Of a stretch of DNA of 64,000 bases, positions 57,448 to 64,000 are shown piece after piece. Origin of the DNA: Trypanosoma brucei. Taxonomy: Eukaryota. The notes below the pieces were generated by a model. The model made no database searches, had not been told where the DNA came from, and saw nothing but the letters and a program-made list of their open reading frames with translations. Position 1 is the stretch's first letter. The number at the start of each line of letters is the position of its first letter. The position numbers were made by a program, and so were the translations under genes. Location of the stretch: NCBI GenBank assembly GCA_000002445.1, contig CM000208.1, positions 416,001 through 480,000 on the forward strand, written 5' to 3'.

Positions 57448-58300
57448 AAAAGGACCAATACGTGCTTCTGTAAGGCGAGCATGAATGACTTCCCCCTCCC
57501 GACGACTCTGTGCCCTACCGCGTGGTTGAGCGGGCCCCGAAGCCTTGCCTGGTTTGGGGAATACACCAGTCGCGGACCGCTCAGGTGTGCCGAAGTAGGG
57601 GGTGCCACTCGTTTGGGAGGAGGAATTTGGTCAGAGCTGGTGGTAAACAAAACGGAGGTGGGGGGGGGGGGCTCCGAAGTAAACAATTCGGAGGTCGCAT
57701 AGTTTTTTTGGCATGATTTGCTTGGGGCCCACGCGAACATTAATCTGATTGACCGCCTGTTTTGGATAGACTAACTAAGGCTTTATTCCCACTCAGGAAA
57801 GAAGGTTGGGAGCTGTGCCCCTCCCCGTTAGATCTCGTGGTTTCAGGACCCCTGTGTTGGTGTGTGTGGAGCTTGGCGAGCTCTACGGGGTGTGGCTGTT
57901 GTGCCGCAGGAACTTCCCCGTCGGAAAGGGCTCCATCGTTTGGGTCGTTACCACAACGAGTGGGGCGATGGAAGGAAGAGCTGGGCATGGTATGGGGCGT
58001 CCGTCCAGTTGCTGGTGAATTGGACTCCTCTTTTATTATTCTCGTGATGGGACGCTTGCCGCGACAAAACTTCGTTGTGTGGGTTAAGTTGCGTTGCTTC
58101 ACGTCCTGCACCGTGGTGCTACTCATTTATTTCGTTCTGCTACTTGTATGAACGGGTGTTGTGAGGTAGCTTGGTGTACCTTGAGCGCTGCTGCTTCCAA
58201 AGGAGCAGACGTGTGGTGACCAAAAGTTTGTTTGTACTTCTATTTTTCGTGTGCAGGCGGCTGTGCCGCATCGGATACGGTATGTTTTTTGTGCGGTGGT
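57448..58300. repeat. right arm of large inverted repeat (853 bp), ~98% identical to the left arm in reverse complement
   Basis: See left arm. The only differences seen are a few substitutions and a G12 vs C11 homopolymer length difference (57660-57671). Spacer 56291..57447 = 1157 bp. Confidence 0.9.
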
Positions 58301-59124
58301 GAGTGGTCGTGCCAGGGTGTTGCTGGGAGCAATGTTGCATGTCTTGCGGTGGTGTTCGCCTGGCCTGATGTTGTCATACTCCTTTATTTTGTTATGACAT
58401 GTAACGCTTGTTGTGATGTTGGCATTTATTTTTGTAAGTGGCTGGTGTGTGAAAGGCGCCACTTTCAATAAGTCCCCCCTTTCTGATGTGTTACATTCCC
58501 TTGTTTGTATTTCTGCCGACCGGTTATAACATTGGTATGCAGGGTTACACACAGGTTGTTTCTTTGGCTTGGTGAATGTATGTTGATGTCGAAAAACCGA
58601 TGTTTACAAGAGTGGTAACCCTTTTTTCCCGGTGGCCTAGACGACACTAGCTCACTGTAGTATATATATGCGTGTGTGCGCATGTGTGGTGATATTGAAA
58701 CTCTTCTTGATGTTATCAAGTGCGTAGGTGTGGGACGCATGGACACTCGCACACATCCTTTTCAGCCTGTATTTACTCAAACTAAAATGTTTTTTAGTAG
58801 AATTATATTTTTAATGTTGTGGTGCTAAGGAAAAAAAAAAAGGATGTACTGGTGTTGTATGCAGGTGCTGCTAAACGCATGGTCGGGACAGTTGTTACTT
58901 TGCTGATTTTCTTGCTGTGCTGTATGGGCACTTGCTTGGTGTAGGCAGGTGTGCAGGCCATGGATGCTGTTGTCTTATGTGCTATATTTCTCTCCTAAGT
59001 CAGTTTTTTCTCCAGTACTTTGTTACATTAGGGAAGGGGCTAGTGGATTTGCGCGCAAACTTTATTTTCCCTTCATTTTCTTGAAGAGATCAATAAACGG
59101 TGTAACACACAGTAGTGGCTTGAA

Positions 59125-60150
59125 ATGTCCTTCTCCAGTGACGAGAAGAAACCCACGCGGACGCGTGGTGGTGGAGCTCTTACGGATCCTCACGCTGTAA
59201 AGTTGCACGGTAATGATTTTTCCTTGGATGAAAAATTGGGTGGACTGGCCCCCGAGGAGCGCAAAGTGGTCGCAGAATACATTGAAAAATGCGAAGAAAC
59301 CCTTCTCCAACTTAGCAAGAGAGGCTGCAATACTCCTATCATTCCTTTTAACAGTGAGAACCACTCCTGGGACTCTCTTTACAAGGTTAATAAGAGGCAT
59401 TTCCCTCTTAAAAATTACATTATTCTAGCATTTCCTCTGCTAAAGTCAATATGTTGTGGGCCAAAGCGTGAAAGCAAGTACATTGTTGAATGCGGTTGCG
59501 GGACAGGGAGTACACTGCTACCAATAATGAATCAGTTCAAAGACGGAGTTCACTTCATTGGATTTGATGTATCCACCGCTGCTGTATCAGCGTTGTTGGA
59601 ACACCCGATTGCCAGTGATTTTAGTGCAGAGGGGCGACTGACCGTTTTCCCCTATGACTTGTGCTACGGCCGTGTCAGTGCGTCTGAGGATTGTAGGAGG
59701 ACTAAGTTCAAAACGGAATGTGGTACCTTGAAAACTACTTTGTTGGAAAAAGTGCCTGGTTGCTCTAAAGGTGTGGACGCAGCTATCTTAGTTTTCGTCC
59801 TTTCGTCGTTGCCTACCATTGAGTGCATGCTCTATGCGTTGACGGAGATTAAGAGCATACTCCATAATGATGGTATTCTTTTGTTTCGTGATTACGCTGT
59901 TCCCGATCATAATCTCTTTCGATTCGTCCGGCAACAAAACAAAAAACATAACGATTTGAGTTTTTGTAAAGGCGATGGAACCTTGCAAATGTTTTTTGAG
60001 CTGAACTTCACAAGAAAGTTGTTTGCGTTAGCGGGGTTGAAGGAGGTCGAGGGTCACGGATTGCAATACCATTGTAACCGCATTGTTAATAGAAAGAACA
60101 GTAAAAGAATGGATAAGATATTCATAAATGGCAGCTTTTGTTTATCTTAA
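59125..60150 (+). CDS. METTL2/METTL6/METTL8-family tRNA N3-methylcytidine (m3C) methyltransferase (yeast Trm140-like)
   Basis: Family motifs: 'NHSWDSLYKVNKRHFPLKNYI' (cf. 'WDxFYKxxxxxFFKDRHW'), SAM-binding 'IVECGCGTGSTLLPIM', 'GFDVSTAAVS', and 'DAAILVFVLSSL...ILLFRDYAVPDHNLFRF' (cf. 'DxxxLIFVLSAI...LFRDYGxYDxAxLRF'). ATG start, 341 aa. Confidence 0.85.
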   Translation: MSFSSDEKKPTRTRGGGALTDPHAVKLHGNDFSLDEKLGGLAPEERKVVAEYIEKCEETLLQLSKRGCNTPIIPFNSENHSWDSLYKVNKRHFPLKNYIILAFPLLKSICCGPKRESKYIVECGCGTGSTLLPIMNQFKDGVHFIGFDVSTAAVSALLEHPIASDFSAEGRLTVFPYDLCYGRVSASEDCRRTKFKTECGTLKTTLLEKVPGCSKGVDAAILVFVLSSLPTIECMLYALTEIKSILHNDGILLFRDYAVPDHNLFRFVRQQNKKHNDLSFCKGDGTLQMFFELNFTRKLFALAGLKEVEGHGLQYHCNRIVNRKNSKRMDKIFINGSFCLS

Positions 60151-60405
60151 GGAGCGTTTTTGTGTATGTTTGTGCGCGTAACTATTTTTTGGATGCTTGG
60201 AAATCCTTAAGAGAGCGATATATTTACGCACGGGTCAGTGTTGATTGTACTTGCTATTTGCATATCGGTACCCTAAAAATTTTTACACCTGTTCACTCGC
60301 TTAGTCGTTTCTCGTGTGTGACGAGCATAGTTGGTTTCTAGCGTATCTCTACGTCTGCAAAGTGATAACCCTTTCCTCCGTGAAGAGGATTGATCGCGCA
60401 TAAAT

Positions 60406-60726
60406 ATGGAGGAAGCGGCTGCTGAGGGCATGCCGCTCTCACAAGAGCAAGGTGAACAGAAGCGTTTCGTGTTAAAACGGTGGAACGCGGTAGCGCTGTG
60501 GTCATGGGATATCGAAGTGGATACGTGTGCCATTTGCCGCAATCACGTCATGGACTTGTGTATTGAATGCCAAGCGAGTTCTAATGGACCTCGCACAAAT
60601 TGCAACATTGCGTGGGGTGTTTGCAATCACGCGTTTCATACTCATTGTATTTCGCGTTGGTTGAAGACCCGCAATGTGTGCCCCTTAGACAACAAGGAAT
60701 GGTCGTACCAGAAGTTAGGAGTGTAG
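60406..60726 (+). CDS. RBX1: RING-box protein 1 (Rbx1/Roc1), cullin-RING ligase subunit
   Basis: '[39 protein letters not shown]...[31 protein letters not shown]' is near-identical to the human RBX1 RING-H2 core. Confidence 0.9.
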   Translation: MEEAAAEGMPLSQEQGEQKRFVLKRWNAVALWSWDIEVDTCAICRNHVMDLCIECQASSNGPRTNCNIAWGVCNHAFHTHCISRWLKTRNVCPLDNKEWSYQKLGV

Positions 60727-60861
60727 CGGACATCTGTCTCAGGTCATAAAAAGGTTTCTTATTCTCCTCGTTACCTTCAGGTAGATACACTTCCACTTCT
60801 TTTAGCCCGATCGGGGGAAGGTTATGATATGCTAGGTTGATTTCTTTCTGCCTTCTCGCCA

Positions 60862-61764
60862 ATGGTTACACCTCAGTTTGTGCAACAGAACTCTTCTCTC
60901 GCCTCAGGTTTTTGGGATTCTTTTGCCCTATACTTTTCCCTAATTTCTCTTGATGTGGTGGTGGAGGGAATGATGAAGAGAACAATATTACAAAGATGCA
61001 TACAAAATAAGTCGCTCGAAATAGCACGTATTTCTCGGAGTGATATTAATAGTCGAGCTCATTTGCCTTTTAACTTCGATGTATGTTACGAGCTGGGCTC
61101 ACGTGAGTTTACATTATTCTCAAGTGTGGGTAGCACATCAGTTTTGGTCTTTTGTAACGTTTCTAGTCGGCGGCTGCGTTCGGTGAAGGGAGGACAGGGT
61201 GAGACTGAATTCCCTCCGAAAAGGTTAAATGTGAAGAGGCGTCGGCAAAGCGGTAGCGCGGATCGCTCTCCTGTGGTATTTTCTGCATTTGTGTCGATGC
61301 CCACGTCAGGACTCACAATTGAAGCATTGTGTTGTAGCTCACTTGGGCTTCTGGTTGTTGATGGCGTCTCATTTCACCAGGGGCCGCTGACGGAATCAAT
61401 GATACCTCAAGACGCACATCCGGGCCCCGAAGGTCATTATCAAGGACCGCTGCTGAATCAGAGGTCGTTGGCGGAGATGGTAGTCAACACTCGAGGCTGC
61501 ATAACTTCTGTTGATCCTTTTCGGCAACAAGAATCATTTTTTGATGGGCATGTGAATCCATGGAATGCGCGCTCCTTGAGGTTTGGTCACGTGCCTGTAC
61601 ACACCGCAAAGCCGGGGTTTTCGGACGCTCTTTGCCACTTTCTTGAGGTGTTTGGGGTTAATGATGAGCTAGCCTTCTTTGTAGAGGACTTTGCACACTT
61701 GGTACATAGGGAAGAGGAAACAGCTTGGACTAACGTCCTGAAAACTATGATGGGAGGCAGGTGA
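60862..61764 (+). CDS. hypothetical protein (300 aa; alternative ATG at 60970)
   Basis: ORF on the polycistron strand with ATG start. Only 135 nt downstream of the RBX1 stop, so the downstream ATG (60970, 'MMKRTIL') may be the real start. No recognisable domain. Confidence 0.45.
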   Translation: MVTPQFVQQNSSLASGFWDSFALYFSLISLDVVVEGMMKRTILQRCIQNKSLEIARISRSDINSRAHLPFNFDVCYELGSREFTLFSSVGSTSVLVFCNVSSRRLRSVKGGQGETEFPPKRLNVKRRRQSGSADRSPVVFSAFVSMPTSGLTIEALCCSSLGLLVVDGVSFHQGPLTESMIPQDAHPGPEGHYQGPLLNQRSLAEMVVNTRGCITSVDPFRQQESFFDGHVNPWNARSLRFGHVPVHTAKPGFSDALCHFLEVFGVNDELAFFVEDFAHLVHREEETAWTNVLKTMMGGR

Positions 61765-63251
61765 TACTGCTGTAGCATGTGCCACTGCGTTATTTTCCAA
61801 TCTCAAGTGCTGATGGATGACGCATCGAAGAAGAAGAAGTTTCTGTTCTGGTTGTAGCTATTATCATCTTTTTTGTAAAAAAAAGGTCTGCCACATGGTG
61901 TTCCGTCAGTCTGTCAATTGCAAAGCACTTCTCCCCTACTGCCATGCATCGGGTGAGATGTTGACCGAACCAGCGAAATTTCTCCATTTTCTGCCTAGAG
62001 GTTGTCCGCGGTTTAAAAATTGGGGTGAAAAGAAGATGAAGAAATTACTTGGTGGGGAAATCGGTCTCCCATATTGTTATGCCGTGCACCCTCAGTGTCT
62101 GTGCAGCCACCGAAGCCAAGCGAGGAAAGTTGCCGCATTGAACAATTTCACGTTTCTTGTAACGTTAGGAGGTTGTTTCGGATGTTTTTCACTTGTTCTT
62201 TTTTTTTTTGGTACCGGAAAATGAGAGAACAAACACGAAAGGCATCCGCTACATCTCTCTATTTCGTGTGGGCTGGGGAGATTGACTGCTAGATCTACCA
62301 CAATTCCCTAACACCCTGGTTTCAGGCACTGTGGTACCGCCAATCAGCGGATGGTGTCTGAAACAGTTGGTGCGCCACTACTGATGCAGCTTTGTCGTTT
62401 CCTTGACCAATCTGCTTAAGCATCAGATTGGAAGAGATAATGCCCTTCAACGTAAGGTGTTACGAAACGAAGAAGCTCTTGAGTAGGAGTTGTACGAAAA
62501 TTCTGGGGGTACAGTTGCCCGTGCAACTTCTGTTATCCAGGTACTGGGCGCCAAGGTCGCGCTATCCCCGGGTACTTTGTGTCTTTGCGATAACGATGGG
62601 CAGTGTTGCAGCCTCTGCGTGAGATGGGACACGTAAAGACGTTGTTGAAGGGATTTATGGTAATTGAAAGGGTATTTGCGCGCCATGCAGTTGGATTTTA
62701 GTGTTTCGTCGTTGAACTGGATATCGCTGCCCGAGGGTGCATTCTGTATTTTGAAATTTTCGCATGCTTATGTGTCGTTACATGATTAAATGCTTGCCAG
62801 CTAATCGCAAGACTGCTACTGCGGTGAGGAGGCGTTGCACATATGGGTCACATGTTTGCGGTCGCCAAGAACTATTTCCTGTATTGTGTTAACTATTATG
62901 TGGTAATATGGGTTGGTATGTTTTTTGCTTGCTAATACAAGACCACACGGGCTGCTGGTGCGGCCTTGAAATATATTCAGGGTGCTGTTTCGCTTAACAG
63001 TGGCACTACTCCCTTTCTCAGAATATAAGATATGCAAGTTTCTGGAATAAAGGAGGTTACCCAGTGCCATTTTTAAATTGCGTTCCGCAGCATATCGATC
63101 GTAGCGTATATTGTTTCGCACGCGTAGCGTTGAAAAGAATGTCGAGATGTCACTGAGTAGTGAATTCTGTATGCCTATTTAGGCAGTGTTGTTACCCTGA
63201 CTTATTCTTGTTTACTAGAACGCTTCTGGTCCGTAGTCTTATAGGGTAATC

Positions 63252-63944
63252 ATGTCGTCTCTGCAAGATCCTTTCGATGAGTCCGTCAGCGACGTGAGGG
63301 AACTCATTGTGAAGGCCAGGAGTATACGGGAAGCTATACAGGCTAAGGGGTTAATTGCCAGCGATGCTGTCACGGAACTCGGTACCGTTGTGGATTCTGT
63401 AAAGGAGGAACTGATGCTTCTTAACGACGTACTGCGCGTCATCGAGCAGAAAAATGGCAGAGTTGGGGAAGAAGTTCTTTCTGTAAACGAGGTTGTTCGG
63501 CGGCAGACAGTTGTTCGCGAACTTGAGATCGATTTAAAAGACATTTGCGCATTTCGTGAGTTCGCGGAATCACGAGTCACGGAAAACGACGTTTCTAATC
63601 TTGACCGAGGTCCAGCCGAAGGTAGCCACGGTGATACATTTTATTTGCGTCAGGAACGGGTACAAAGGGAGGAGCAGGCACAGCAGGACGTAATATTGGA
63701 CAGGCTTTCGCATGGCCTCCAGGAGCTTAGGGAAACGGGTATCAACGTGAATGACGAGCTTCAGCAGCAGGACAATTTGCTAAGCATTATTCAGGTGGAT
63801 GTCGAGGGCGTTCAAGCGCGTTTGCGCGTAGTTAACGCTAAAGTTGACAAGATGCTCGCAGACATGTCGTCGAGGAGTAAGATTTGCTCCTTATTGGGAC
63901 TCGCACTAGTGGCATTGCTCCTCTTCTATTGTGTCTTTAGTTGA
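63252..63944 (+). CDS. Qc-SNARE (syntaxin 6/8/Tlg1-like t-SNARE) with C-terminal transmembrane anchor
   Basis: 230 aa. SNARE heptad motif 'ETGINVNDELQQQDNLLSIIQVDVEGVQARLRVVNAKVDKM' with a central Gln layer. C-terminal TM 'ICSLLGLALVALLLFYCVF'. N-terminal helical regulatory region. Confidence 0.75.
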   Translation: MSSLQDPFDESVSDVRELIVKARSIREAIQAKGLIASDAVTELGTVVDSVKEELMLLNDVLRVIEQKNGRVGEEVLSVNEVVRRQTVVRELEIDLKDICAFREFAESRVTENDVSNLDRGPAEGSHGDTFYLRQERVQREEQAQQDVILDRLSHGLQELRETGINVNDELQQQDNLLSIIQVDVEGVQARLRVVNAKVDKMLADMSSRSKICSLLGLALVALLLFYCVFS

Positions 63945-64000
63945 AGTTCGTTGCTTTTTTTGTTTCCTTTCCAATCATTTGTCCATCGCAGCATCCAAGG

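Overview
The window reads as a kinetoplastid (Trypanosoma brucei-like) nuclear chromosome core; that attribution is inference from sequence style, not a database hit. Supporting it: intron-less GC-rich ORFs in long same-strand arrays (polycistronic units), low-complexity AT/poly-pyrimidine intergenic tracts, (CA)n/(GT)n/(AT)n microsatellites, and protein products typical of trypanosomatids. Architecture: (i) a minus-strand unit runs from position 1 to ~31.05 kb. It holds a 3'-truncated gene running off the left edge, a CCCH zinc-finger protein, proteasome lid RPN5, an 827-aa hypothetical, ATP synthase subunit c, a Mic10-like protein, RPL36, a Leu/Phe-tRNA-protein-transferase homolog, a catalytically dead DUSP-like pseudophosphatase, ABCE1, an EF-hand protein and a membrane hypothetical. 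(ii) A 5.3-kb divergent strand-switch region (31.05-36.40 kb) carries a G14 tract. (iii) A plus-strand unit (36.40-48.34 kb) holds a class-I HDAC, Nbp35, a hypothetical, DNA polymerase eta, a DEAD(DEVD)-box helicase, a hypothetical, a CID-domain protein and an HMG-box-like hypothetical. (iv) An unusual ~10.8-kb interval (48.34-59.12 kb) has no conventional plus-strand genes. It contains a GC-rich block, one minus-strand ORF with six diverged copies of a short peptide motif (AFPxVEP), microsatellites, and a ~98%-identical inverted repeat (arms 852/853 bp, spacer 1157 bp). (v) The plus strand resumes with a METTL2/6/8-type m3C methyltransferase, RBX1, a hypothetical and a Qc-SNARE. The ORF track accepts GTG/TTG/CTG starts; where I could, CDS starts are trimmed to the first in-frame ATG. 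The inverted repeat and the motif-repeat ORF inside the gene-poor interval are the most interesting unexplained structures. The pseudophosphatase and the eukaryotic L/F-transferase homolog are the most interesting gene-level observations.
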